This document shows, in pieces, positions 30,905-39,648 of a stretch of DNA of 64,000 bases. How positions within the stretch are numbered: position 1 is the stretch's first letter; each line of letters opens with the position of its first letter. The stretch lies in IMG/VR virus record IMGVR_UViG_3300017963_000190, positions 124,001 through 188,000 of that record; one strand, 5' to 3'. A program made the position numbers and the translations under genes. A model generated the notes under the pieces. That model made no database searches and was not told the origin of the DNA. It saw only the letters and a program-made list of their open reading frames with translations.

Positions 30905-31402
30905 CTACCTCGTACGGTTCATACGTTGCTTACGTTCAGCAGTCTGTCTGAGATTTTTGAACAGCAGATCTAAGTCGCTTCCAATAAAGGCTTCTCCAGC
31001 TGATCGGCGCTGAGCTGATGTAGCCGGTTTTTTGGCGAACATGTCGCGAATAAGCGTGAGGTTGATATCCTGCTCAAGCTCCTCTAGCTCAAGAAGTTTG
31101 ATGAGCTCACCGGTCAAACGTAAGGTGTTCAAGCTGGAGAACATGCTCTGGAATTGCGCGGTGCTGAATTCTCTGGAAGATTCGCTTGCCGCCTCAGTTT
31201 CCTGCTCATCCGCTTCGCCGTCCTCGGGTTCCCCTGGTTCCTCTTCCTCACGTAGCTGCTGTTCTTGGTGAAGCAGGACCAGATCGTACTCTACTCTAGC
31301 AGCTGCACGGGCGGCGCATTCTTCGCGCACCAAAGCTGCCTGGAGTATTTCGTAGATCTCCAGCTCCAAGTCGTTTACAGCGTCATGCTCATTTTGAGTC
31401 AT
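30905..31402 (-). CDS. Hypothetical protein (~165 aa); start revised to the ATG at 31402
   Basis: MTQNEH start overlaps the end of the upstream gene by 14 nt, versus the longer track ORF. Confidence 0.55.
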   Translation of the reverse strand: MTQNEHDAVNDLELEIYEILQAALVREECAARAAARVEYDLVLLHQEQQLREEEEPGEPEDGEADEQETEAASESSREFSTAQFQSMFSSLNTLRLTGELIKLLELEELEQDINLTLIRDMFAKKPATSAQRRSAGEAFIGSDLDLLFKNLRQTAERKQRMNRTR

Positions 31403-31682
31403 CAGGCTGCCCTGCCGGCTTTTCTGCTTCTCGGTTGATTGTCCCAGTGTTAATGTCGATTTGATGCGACTCGATCTGGTACTTCTCCAGCAAAGCGTCA
31501 CCGAAGCTTTGCATCAACCTCGTGGCTTCCTGTAGCTGCATTCTGGTGTGCGCCAGCTGCAACTCGAAGTAGTCCAAGTTTCTGCTGAGAAACCTGGCTT
31601 TCATGAAATCAACCTCCTCCAGACGATCCGTCATGTGGGGAGGCACTGGTGCCAGAATTGTTCCTTCTTGCTTATCCGCCAT
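31389..31682 (-). CDS. Small coiled-coil protein (97 aa), paralog of 8961 and 9261
   Basis: AGGAG RBS; contains KYQIESHQIDINTGTI. Confidence 0.7.
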   Translation of the reverse strand: MADKQEGTILAPVPPHMTDRLEEVDFMKARFLSRNLDYFELQLAHTRMQLQEATRLMQSFGDALLEKYQIESHQIDINTGTINREAEKPAGQPDDSK

Positions 31683-31714
31683 CTTTTCTCTCCTATGCTT
31701 CTGTTTTCTGTGTT

Positions 31715-33523
31715 CTATTGCAATGTGACCAGTACTGTGATTTTTCCTGTTGCTGTTTCACCAGGCTCTCCAGCCAACGCTTCCATCGCTTTGCCAACTA
31801 TAGTACCAGCCTCAGGTTTATTAGGGGCCTTCTCTGCATGGCCATCTGTCGACGCAACCAATAGGTCCCCAGGTGAAATATCTCCGGCGGAGGTGGTACA
31901 TTTGGTAGGAATTAACCCACAGATGCCCAAGAGCACCCGGTGCTCCAACTTCACCACGTTGGCTTTGACGCGCACGTTACGTTGCACATGGATCTTCTTG
32001 TCTTTGTTTACCCCCTTCAATTTAATACGTGTGCGATCTTTTTCGCTGTCGTAAGCGGATTCTTCTACTTCGTACCCTTCGCCGCCAATGGTGATCCACC
32101 CCGAGATATCATGCTCACCTGGAGTTAGCACCTCTTCCATGTCTCCATCACCGATTTTGGTTGATAGGTCTATGGTATTCTCCGTGTCTTCGTATTCACG
32201 GTAGTTCATAGCTACAGCGGGTTGGGTAGACACAACGCCCACCACTTTAGTGGTGCCGCTTTCGTCTGTTGGGACGTACTCTCCACCATCATTCACCATC
32301 AGCACCGACCCCTTCTCGTAATCCTCCGCCACCGTGACCCACTCAGCAAGGTCAGCACCTCCGTTTGTAAACTGCGTCCCGCTGAAGCATTCTCCAGAAG
32401 AGGAAACTCGGAACACCGGGGTGACCAAGACGCCATCGTGTGTATAGCAAGTGAGTAGATTGTAGTTCCCTAGATTGCGGTCGACGTCACTCCAAACCTG
32501 CACAAGATGTTGCCCAGATGGAGCTGAGTACGATGTTTTCTTGTCACGGAAGTAAGCGATTATTGAATCCACCCCAGCGGATTGATCTGTCCCAAGCACC
32601 GTAAATATAGGATTTGAGTAGTACCCAATAGTGCGCTCGAAGGTTCCGTCACCACCATTAAGAAGAAGCCTGAACGTCCAATCGCTCCGACTATTCCTCA
32701 TGTACAATCCACGGGGATTGGTGTCGTAGTTGATCCGGAGCTGATAATCCCCATCGATGGCGTCTGGTTGAACTAGAAAGGCGTCGGTGCCGCTAAGCCC
32801 TCCATAATCTCCAACGTATAATTGAGGCTTCGTATTAGCATAGGTGAACCCGCCAAGGGAAACAGGAGCAAGTGGAGGAAAAATAAAAGACGGGTCGTTC
32901 CCGCTGTGCAGTGTCTCACCAAATGACCAGAAACGCATCCAGTACATCGAGGCAAAGTCCATTGTGGTGGCTGGCGATCCACACTGCAACCTCACCCCAG
33001 GAATATCGCCAATGGCAGCATCAGGCCCTGCTTCCAATTTTGCGAAGTTGTACGCATTTAGGCCTACTGGCTTTCCGCCACCCATGTACAGCTTTGCTGT
33101 GTACCAGGTATCATCGGTACCATACGTAGTCAATATATTGGTGTCAGGCCCTATTACTGCAGAGATGTCTCGCAGCTCAGTAGACGGCCAGTATACCGTC
33201 AGCATCGCGTTATCTGGATCTTGGAGCGGAGGCTCTTCTTGCCAGCGTACCACACGGAAAAAGTTGGTGTGATCTTGCTTTGGAGCAGGAAGCGCGTCTG
33301 AGTCCACGAAGGCAAACAAGTCATCCACAGAAGAAATATTTCCCCCAATGTTGGCCCCAAAGTTCAGACCAGAAACGATCGCATCCATCTCTGCTTCGGT
33401 GAGCCCATTATGAAGTTCACGCAGAGTTTGTGCAGATGCATCATCAGTGATCACACCACTAAAGCGCAGTGCACGAATAATACCGTCTGCTACAGCTTCA
33501 GTCAGAAATGGAATCGTGGCCAT
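31715..33523 (-). CDS. Tail fibre/spike with C-terminal peptidase G2-like intramolecular chaperone
   Basis: GADLAEW...VVGVVS..P...GLIPTKC....DISPGDLLVAS..GHA.KA....GTIVGKAMEAL matches the G2-type autoproteolytic chaperone pattern. Confidence 0.75.
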   Translation of the reverse strand: MATIPFLTEAVADGIIRALRFSGVITDDASAQTLRELHNGLTEAEMDAIVSGLNFGANIGGNISSVDDLFAFVDSDALPAPKQDHTNFFRVVRWQEEPPLQDPDNAMLTVYWPSTELRDISAVIGPDTNILTTYGTDDTWYTAKLYMGGGKPVGLNAYNFAKLEAGPDAAIGDIPGVRLQCGSPATTMDFASMYWMRFWSFGETLHSGNDPSFIFPPLAPVSLGGFTYANTKPQLYVGDYGGLSGTDAFLVQPDAIDGDYQLRINYDTNPRGLYMRNSRSDWTFRLLLNGGDGTFERTIGYYSNPIFTVLGTDQSAGVDSIIAYFRDKKTSYSAPSGQHLVQVWSDVDRNLGNYNLLTCYTHDGVLVTPVFRVSSSGECFSGTQFTNGGADLAEWVTVAEDYEKGSVLMVNDGGEYVPTDESGTTKVVGVVSTQPAVAMNYREYEDTENTIDLSTKIGDGDMEEVLTPGEHDISGWITIGGEGYEVEESAYDSEKDRTRIKLKGVNKDKKIHVQRNVRVKANVVKLEHRVLLGICGLIPTKCTTSAGDISPGDLLVASTDGHAEKAPNKPEAGTIVGKAMEALAGEPGETATGKITVLVTLQ

Positions 33524-33626
33524 GTTTGTACCTCAATCACAAGCCTCTGGACATAGTAGTATCCTCGGAAAACCTGAGGATTTCACACATAAAAATAACT
33601 AGTTTTGAGTGAACGCCTTCCATGAC

Positions 33627-34172
33627 TCAACCGCCGCTGTACCTACGATTCCAATTTGCGTTCTCATCCAGGCGAATCTGTAGGCGCATAGTGTCTTTTG
33701 CATCCCCTAGATGACTTTGCACAGCTGAACAAAGCTTCTCTAGAGCTTTCCACTTCTCCTGCAAGATAGCGAGCTCGGGTAGAATGCTCGCCATAATCAC
33801 CTTAGCTGCCGCTGCGCTAGTACTTTTGGAGATCACGCCAGCGGCTGTAAGATCGGCCCGAGCTAGTATTTCTGCCTTATGCAGTGCTCGTGTAACCCTG
33901 AAAATATAGAATTGCATGACAAGCACCCGATCTAGCCATGCTTGAGCTTTTTGCAGCGCTTCTTGCGCCTTGATCACTGATTTTTTATCCTCCACTGTCA
34001 CACGCTTTGGAATGGACTTCGCAATGTTTATATAGGAGCGCAATTCACCGACGAGGGAGGTAGGGACCTTGAATTTATCTGCATTTTCTTCAAGGCCAAG
34101 CAAAATGGCCTCCAGCTGCTCTCGTTCTCTTAGCTCATCTACTTTGGATTGATCTAGACTAGCTTTAGGCAC
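33627..34172 (-). CDS. Helical hypothetical protein (181 aa, GTG start)
   Basis: ORF with AGAGG/GGTG RBS and a TCTTGTAAA motif upstream. Confidence 0.65.
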   Translation of the reverse strand: MPKASLDQSKVDELREREQLEAILLGLEENADKFKVPTSLVGELRSYINIAKSIPKRVTVEDKKSVIKAQEALQKAQAWLDRVLVMQFYIFRVTRALHKAEILARADLTAAGVISKSTSAAAAKVIMASILPELAILQEKWKALEKLCSAVQSHLGDAKDTMRLQIRLDENANWNRRYSGG

Positions 34173-34346
34173 ACTTCACCTCTAGGACCCGTTGGAACCT
34201 ACTTCTGTTTTACAAGATGAAGGACGAATCTCTGAAAGCTTCTTTTCAGCCTGGAAAACTATTATTCAGCATAGGAAGCATGAACGGTGACAGATTGGTG
34301 TGATGGTAAAATGTGTCTGTGAGACAATGGAAAAATGGATCTAGCC

Positions 34347-34381
34347 AAAAACAGAAAAGCCCACGCGTGCTGCGCAGGCCT
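34347..34381 (-). terminator. Intrinsic terminator
   Basis: Minus strand AGGCCTGCGC-AGCAC-GCGTGGGCTT (10-bp stem, 3 G-U pairs) followed by TTCTGTTTTT. Confidence 0.7.
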
Positions 34382-34451
34382 GTAGATGGCTTATGGTTCA
34401 GTTGCCCATTGGTATTTGGTGGCAATTGGTCTATGACCGCAATTGAACCGT
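34347..34451 (-). ncRNA. Candidate ~105-nt small RNA
   Basis: Lies between a sigma70-like promoter and an intrinsic terminator; 5' stem GGTTCAATTGC/GCAACTGAACC (10 of 11 pairs) encloses a GGTC-ATA-GACC hairpin; no usable ORF. Confidence 0.4.
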
Positions 34452-34456
34452 CTCCG

Positions 34457-34485
34457 GTTCTACCAAGGTTCTATTTGGATGTCAA
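34457..34485 (-). promoter_or_regulatory. sigma70-type promoter
   Basis: TTGACA-N17-TAGAAC with extended -10 TG and an A/T tract upstream; the -10 lacks the final T. Confidence 0.5.
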
Positions 34486-34657
34486 GAAAATAATCCCCTC
34501 TCCCTCACGATTTTCTCTGGAGATATCATACGTTATTCACCAGGGGTTTACTAGGAGCATTCAACTAAAATGGTCAAAAATCTGCGATAAGGCGCACCAA
34601 TCCATCCTCGCTGGTACGCAGCTAGCAAATTCCCCCATAGGCCGCCATCTGCGCTTT

Positions 34658-35737
34658 TTAGGGAGGAGCGCGAGGCCGCGCCTCGATGCAGCGGTTCTGT
34701 ATTTGAGGGGTGCTTGATAGCTCCGCAACCGATGGATGTAGGATGTCTTGACCACGCCGCCGTTTGGTACGGATCAAGGAAAGCGCTACCAATGTAAGAA
34801 TGCACGCCTTCGCTTCGTACAGCGGGAGCCGTGGCTTCTCTTGCAGAGCTTGTACATCTGCTCGTTTGTGACAGAAAAGCTGCCACCGTGGCTCGAACGT
34901 AAGATTGGGCAGTCGTGGGAGGAGCTCGTGCTCAAAGGCTGGCAGCCTATGTAGCTGCATCCTCGTCGTGCTCTCGCAATGGTCGTGGCGTACCTCTACC
35001 TGCTCTGGATGCCTAAGCGAGTATGACCAGAGACGTCTTAGCATATCTGGGAGACGCTCCGCCAGCTTTTCGGCTACCTCTAGTGGTAAGGTTAGCTCAG
35101 TGCAATCATTGATGGTGGCCGCACGTACCTCGTCGGATCCCTTTCTTAGTACACGCCGAATCCTGAATCGGTAAGCTTTTTGGGGGGCGCACTTTCTACG
35201 CCATTCTGCACACGCAGCTTCGCGCACAGGGCCAGACGTGGCGTGACACTTGGGATGAGGGTTGCGGTAATTTGCGTTCTCACATAGTAATTCTAGGACT
35301 TCCTCTCCTAGGTAGTCCTCGAAGCCTGCATCCTGCCGGCGCAGTTGGAGCGGAGTTCTGCATAGGACACGCCTCTCTCCGAGCTCCATGTAGTAGCGAT
35401 ATTTGTCTGGACCCCGCTGCAGCCCGGCGCTGTAGGATAGGAGATGGAGGAACGTGCGGTAGAAGGCGCGCAGATGCTCTTCGTCGGAAAGGTTGTAGAA
35501 GAGCGGACGTGTTTCTTGGTGAAACCTGTAAGGTTTTCTGTATCCTAGCTGGCTAGTCCCTGTGGCGTGCTGGTTGAGCTTTGTGATCCCCAGTAGGATG
35601 GTACTGTGGGTGGGCAACAAGTACGTGCATACTTGTTCCGGGACCCCTTTCCACCACTGTCCGGTTTCAAGGGATACCAGGAAACGCGCTTCTCGCGCTC
35701 CTGGGAAGGATAAGCTATGTGGCCGACGGGGGTGCAC
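34658..35737 (-). CDS. Hypothetical protein (359 aa, GTG start)
   Basis: AAGGAGG RBS; no recognisable family. Confidence 0.6.
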   Translation of the reverse strand: MHPRRPHSLSFPGAREARFLVSLETGQWWKGVPEQVCTYLLPTHSTILLGITKLNQHATGTSQLGYRKPYRFHQETRPLFYNLSDEEHLRAFYRTFLHLLSYSAGLQRGPDKYRYYMELGERRVLCRTPLQLRRQDAGFEDYLGEEVLELLCENANYRNPHPKCHATSGPVREAACAEWRRKCAPQKAYRFRIRRVLRKGSDEVRAATINDCTELTLPLEVAEKLAERLPDMLRRLWSYSLRHPEQVEVRHDHCESTTRMQLHRLPAFEHELLPRLPNLTFEPRWQLFCHKRADVQALQEKPRLPLYEAKACILTLVALSLIRTKRRRGQDILHPSVAELSSTPQIQNRCIEARPRAPP

Positions 35738-35746
35738 CTCCTTATT

Positions 35747-36712
35747 TTACAAGGAGATCTCCCGATTCTCGCCGCGGGCGTCCTGGGTACTGTCGTTCTG
35801 GACGGTGTCTATTTTGACGTCGACCTTTTTTGTCTCCGTCTTATTGGAGGAATCTTCATTAGATTCGATTACTTGGGCTACTAGCTCATGTCCTGGATTG
35901 AGGCGGCAGGCACTCACCTTGTTCTGCGTGCCGTCGACATTGTCTACGTCGTAGATGTCGACAACCCCAGCATCCACAGCACGCTGGAACAGCTGCTGCT
36001 TGAGCTCAGGGGTGCGCATCCCGTCCAGGCGCCACATCACCTTGTTGATGAAATAGCGAGCTCCCACGAAGGGCATTCGATCTTCGCTGCTATGTAGCAG
36101 CCGGATAAGTGCATCGAATGGGTAAGACTCGATGTTGGCTGATGGTTTCTTATCCACAGGCGGCGCTTCGTCGCTGTCGTCCTTGAAAATGGCGCGGCTC
36201 GGGAGATAGATACAGCTGTCGCGCGACAGCACGCGCCGGTCACGTGGGTAGTTGCCTACTAGAATGACAGTGATCCCCCTGCTGATTGCTTGTCGAGCCA
36301 ACGCTGTGTAGTCGGTAGGGCCGACAATCAGGATGCAGATTTCAATGCTGCCGTGCAGAATTTCTGTGTGAGCGTCAAAAAGCAGGTGGAGGTTTACGTC
36401 GTCTTTCGTTACCCCCTGTGCAGTCGTGGCCACCGGAGTAATGCCCCGTTTCAGCCATTCTTCTGCATCGAGCCCATCGGCCTCCTCCATCACAGTGGTG
36501 TAGTAAACCACAGCTTTGGATAAGCGCCCAGATGTACGAGCAAACTCCTCAATGGGGGGAGCTAGTACAGAGTCCTCGTTGTGGTTGTCGATCAACACGG
36601 CGTCCAGATCTACAAAAAGCCCGACATTGGGGCGTGATCTCATACCGATGATGCGGTCCTGTAGGGAGCTGAATCCGCGGTCTGTGTGTTGTCTGGATCT
36701 CTTGTTGTGCAT
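35747..36712 (-). CDS. NYN (LabA/DUF88-like) domain protein with C-terminal winged-helix-like domain; start revised to the ATG at 36712
   Basis: GLFVDLD...KDDVNLHLLFD...CILIVGPTDYTAL...RGITVILVG follows the NYN fold pattern; GAGGAG RBS before 36712 removes the overlap with uvrD. Confidence 0.7.
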   Translation of the reverse strand: MHNKRSRQHTDRGFSSLQDRIIGMRSRPNVGLFVDLDAVLIDNHNEDSVLAPPIEEFARTSGRLSKAVVYYTTVMEEADGLDAEEWLKRGITPVATTAQGVTKDDVNLHLLFDAHTEILHGSIEICILIVGPTDYTALARQAISRGITVILVGNYPRDRRVLSRDSCIYLPSRAIFKDDSDEAPPVDKKPSANIESYPFDALIRLLHSSEDRMPFVGARYFINKVMWRLDGMRTPELKQQLFQRAVDAGVVDIYDVDNVDGTQNKVSACRLNPGHELVAQVIESNEDSSNKTETKKVDVKIDTVQNDSTQDARGENREISL

Positions 36713-36728
36713 TTTACTATTCTCCTCG

Positions 36729-38825
36729 CTAACGCCACCCTGCTTGTCTGCGTTTCCCTCTTCGTCGTCCTCTTCCTCTGCGCTTCTTTGCGTCCAACGC
36801 GCGTAGTAAATAGCTGCCGGCATTGGTGTTGCTCATGTCCGCATACGCCACGGTGTCTCCCATCTCTTCTATGAATGGGGAAGGCATGCAGTCCATGTAT
36901 TGATTGAAGCGGAGCTCGCGTCTAGGCCATGTTACGGTGAGCTCACGCTCCGCCCGAGTTAGAGCGACGAAAAATATACGTCGTTCCTCTTCCAAGTCTT
37001 CTTGCAGCTGACCCTCGGACTTGGGGTTACCGTAGTCATCGGTGTCCTTTATAATGGGCATAAGGCCGTCCGTCGCCCCCACTACATACACCTGCTTGAA
37101 CTCCAAGCCCTTCGCAGCATGACACGTCATCAGGTGCACGTGGTTGCCATCTGTTTCCTCGTCTGTGGATTGCATGAGGGCAGCCCATTCCAAGAACCGC
37201 AGCAGTCCCGCTCCATGGGTGGCGTCAAATTCATGGGCTGCAGCAATAAGCTCCTGGAGGTGATTGAGCTTGTCGATGCCCTTTTCGGTTGAGTCCTTCT
37301 TGAGATGGGTGGCGTACCCCGAAAGTTTGGCGGCTTGTTCTATGATAGGTGCGACCTTATCTTTGGGCATTGTACGCAGGCTTTTGAATATTCGCCGCAG
37401 CTCCTCTGCCCCAGCTCTGGCTTGCCCTGTGAGGACTTCGTCATGCAGCCTCTTTTTGAACGCTTGCATGACAGTTAGGTTCCTCTCTTCCTTCGCTGTG
37501 TAGAATTTAGCGTAGCTCACTTCCCCAAAACGCCGCGGTGGTTTGTTGTAGATGCGGATGAAGCTGCTTTCGTCTGCCCCGTTCACGACGAGCCGCAAGT
37601 ATGCTAGGATGTCTTTTACTGTGGCCCTGTTGTAGAATCCGATGCCGCCTACGACTTTATGTGGAACATTGTGGGTGACCAGCAGTTCCTCGAATATCCG
37701 CGATCGAAAGTGAGCTCGGTAGAGCAAAGCGAAGTCTCGAAACTCTGCTTGACCTGCGCGTACGGCAGATGTGATCTCGTCTACCACAGCCGCACCCTCT
37801 TGCCTATTGTCTTGGTAAACCACACATCGGACAGGACTTCCTTCCTTGATCACAGGTTTGATGCTTTTGTCGGGTCGGTCTGGGTTGTGCGCAATGACGG
37901 AATTTGCCACCTCAGCAATAGGAGGTGTTGATCTGAAGTTCTCTTCTAGGAAGTAAACCGAGACATCCTTGTAGTCTCTTTCCATGAGCTTCAGATTTTT
38001 GGGCTGCGCTAATCGAAAGGCGTAGATGGATTGGTCACCATCTCCCACCACAAACACGTTCCCCCAGTGGCTAGCCAAGTACTTCACCATCTCGTACTGG
38101 CTGACGCTTGTGTCCTGGGTCTCGTCCACTAGTAGGTGCCTTGTCCAGGTTGAGTATTTGGTCCGCACGTCCTCATCATCTCGCAGTAGGCGTACAGTGC
38201 GCATGATGAGATCGTCAAAATCGACGGACTGATTGCGGCGCAGGAAGTAATTGTACTTATCGTAAACCTTGGCGTAGAAGAACTCTTTTTCATCCCCTCC
38301 GCCTTGGTCCATTAGCTGGTCAAAATACTCGTCGGGAGTGATCAGGTGGCTCTTGAGTCGAGATATGAATCTCTTAGAGCAATCTGGATTCCGCCAGTCT
38401 TTCCATCCCCTGATCTCTTTCTTGTCCTTTTCGGTAACTATTGCTGTTGCCTGGACCAGGTAGGACTTGGTGTCGTCGTCATCGCAGATCGTGAACCCGG
38501 AGCTGAGCTGCGCTCTTTCGTGCTCTGCACGAAGGATTCTAGCTCCCAGGGAGTGGAAGGTGGAGATGACTATTTTCTTGGCACGTGCCTTCGGAACCGC
38601 GCCTTGGACACGTTCTCGCATTTCGTTGGCAGCCTTGTTTGTGAACGTAATGGCTACCACGTGGGTTGGTGATATTTCGTGGTGTTCCACAAGGTGCGCT
38701 ATTCGGTGAGTGATCACCCGGGTCTTGCCTGACCCTGGTCCAGCAAGGACAATCGCTGCTCCGTCTAGGTGCTCTACTGCCGATTTTTGCGCAGGGGTTA
38801 ATCCAGTAAGGTAATCTTGGGACAT
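36729..38825 (-). CDS. uvrD: UvrD/PcrA SF1 DNA helicase
   Basis: AGPGSGKT, ITFTNKAANEM, LVDETQD, VGDGDQSIY, LEENFRS, LLYRAHF, LMTCHAAKGLEF, EERRIFFVALTRA. Confidence 0.97.
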   Translation of the reverse strand: MSQDYLTGLTPAQKSAVEHLDGAAIVLAGPGSGKTRVITHRIAHLVEHHEISPTHVVAITFTNKAANEMRERVQGAVPKARAKKIVISTFHSLGARILRAEHERAQLSSGFTICDDDDTKSYLVQATAIVTEKDKKEIRGWKDWRNPDCSKRFISRLKSHLITPDEYFDQLMDQGGGDEKEFFYAKVYDKYNYFLRRNQSVDFDDLIMRTVRLLRDDEDVRTKYSTWTRHLLVDETQDTSVSQYEMVKYLASHWGNVFVVGDGDQSIYAFRLAQPKNLKLMERDYKDVSVYFLEENFRSTPPIAEVANSVIAHNPDRPDKSIKPVIKEGSPVRCVVYQDNRQEGAAVVDEITSAVRAGQAEFRDFALLYRAHFRSRIFEELLVTHNVPHKVVGGIGFYNRATVKDILAYLRLVVNGADESSFIRIYNKPPRRFGEVSYAKFYTAKEERNLTVMQAFKKRLHDEVLTGQARAGAEELRRIFKSLRTMPKDKVAPIIEQAAKLSGYATHLKKDSTEKGIDKLNHLQELIAAAHEFDATHGAGLLRFLEWAALMQSTDEETDGNHVHLMTCHAAKGLEFKQVYVVGATDGLMPIIKDTDDYGNPKSEGQLQEDLEEERRIFFVALTRAERELTVTWPRRELRFNQYMDCMPSPFIEEMGDTVAYADMSNTNAGSYLLRALDAKKRRGRGRRRGKRRQAGWR

Positions 38826-38839
38826 TGTTTGCCGCCTTA

Positions 38840-39064
38840 TTAGGATACGGCGTCGCTGGCTTCCTTGACCTTCTTCATCGCCGCATGATGCCTACGATTT
38901 TTGGCTTCGTCTATCGCTGCTTGAACATCCTGTTCGTCGAGACCGCAGGGCTTGTATCCGTAGTACGTCTTAAATTCTCTGCGGAGTGTCTCTAGCTTAG
39001 AGAGTATCTTCTTCTCGTAGTTCTGTACGTCTTTCGCATCCTCGTCTTTTTGCTGGTTCGTCAT
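38840..39064 (-). CDS. Small hypothetical protein (~74 aa)
   Basis: ATGA overlap with the upstream stop. Confidence 0.55.
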   Translation of the reverse strand: MTNQQKDEDAKDVQNYEKKILSKLETLRREFKTYYGYKPCGLDEQDVQAAIDEAKNRRHHAAMKKVKEASDAVS

Positions 39065-39648
39065 AGACCATCTCTCCAATTGTCTGCGGTTTCTAAATGC
39101 GTGGCCCCATCACTGAACCCCGCCTCATCGTGCGCTCTGGTTTTTCCTTTATAGACTAGCAGGTAGTCGCATACACCAATGCCTGCCTTATACAGGCGCA
39201 TGTTGTCGTCGGTAGCTATGGGAGCTGGATCCTTACGTCGCACATCTTTTTTGTCGGTGTAGCAGATCGCTACGTACCATGGATAGGCATGGATAACTGG
39301 TGTGCCCACAAACATCAGGATGTACCCGAGCAGCCGCTCGCGACTAAACTTAGCTGAGCGGCCGTAGACGCCCAGAAGGGATACCGTGTCCCCGTGCTGC
39401 TTGATGGTCTTGGTGACCATCTCTTCGTCGTGGGCCAACCCCTTTAGCTTCAAAACGAAGCCGTTGTCCTCGCAGGTAGTGAGGAAAGTCTTGTCGTAGG
39501 CGTCCCAATTTTTCGTGGCCAGCTTTATTAGTCTCGCGAGCTTTCCACGTCCTCTCTGTGCTTTTGTAAGTCCACCTGGGATAGGTAGTACTCGATTGTG
39601 CCGTCTTGTATATTTTCGGCCCTTACGATTATTTGCGCGCGATTCCAT
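39061..39648 (-). CDS. Hypothetical protein; start uncertain (track start overlaps the clamp gene by ~120 nt)
   Basis: Fills the gap between the clamp and 38840 ORFs. Confidence 0.5.
   Translation of the reverse strand: MESRANNRKGRKYTRRHNRVLPIPGGLTKAQRGRGKLARLIKLATKNWDAYDKTFLTTCEDNGFVLKLKGLAHDEEMVTKTIKQHGDTVSLLGVYGRSAKFSRERLLGYILMFVGTPVIHAYPWYVAICYTDKKDVRRKDPAPIATDDNMRLYKAGIGVCDYLLVYKGKTRAHDEAGFSDGATHLETADNWRDGL

Noticed and set aside
1-33523. Diversity-generating retroelement acting on fibre genes
   Set aside because: No reverse transcriptase and no near-identical TR/VR pair noticed; repeats are diverged at protein level only
34173-34657. Replication origin with DnaA boxes
   Set aside because: Only weak matches (TTATTCACC, TTATTCAGC) and no iteron array; an origin is not excluded but is unsupported
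34313-34717. 134-aa + strand ORF across the intergenic gap
   Set aside because: No RBS, no recognisable motif, and it overlaps the minus-strand terminator, promoter and the next gene's end
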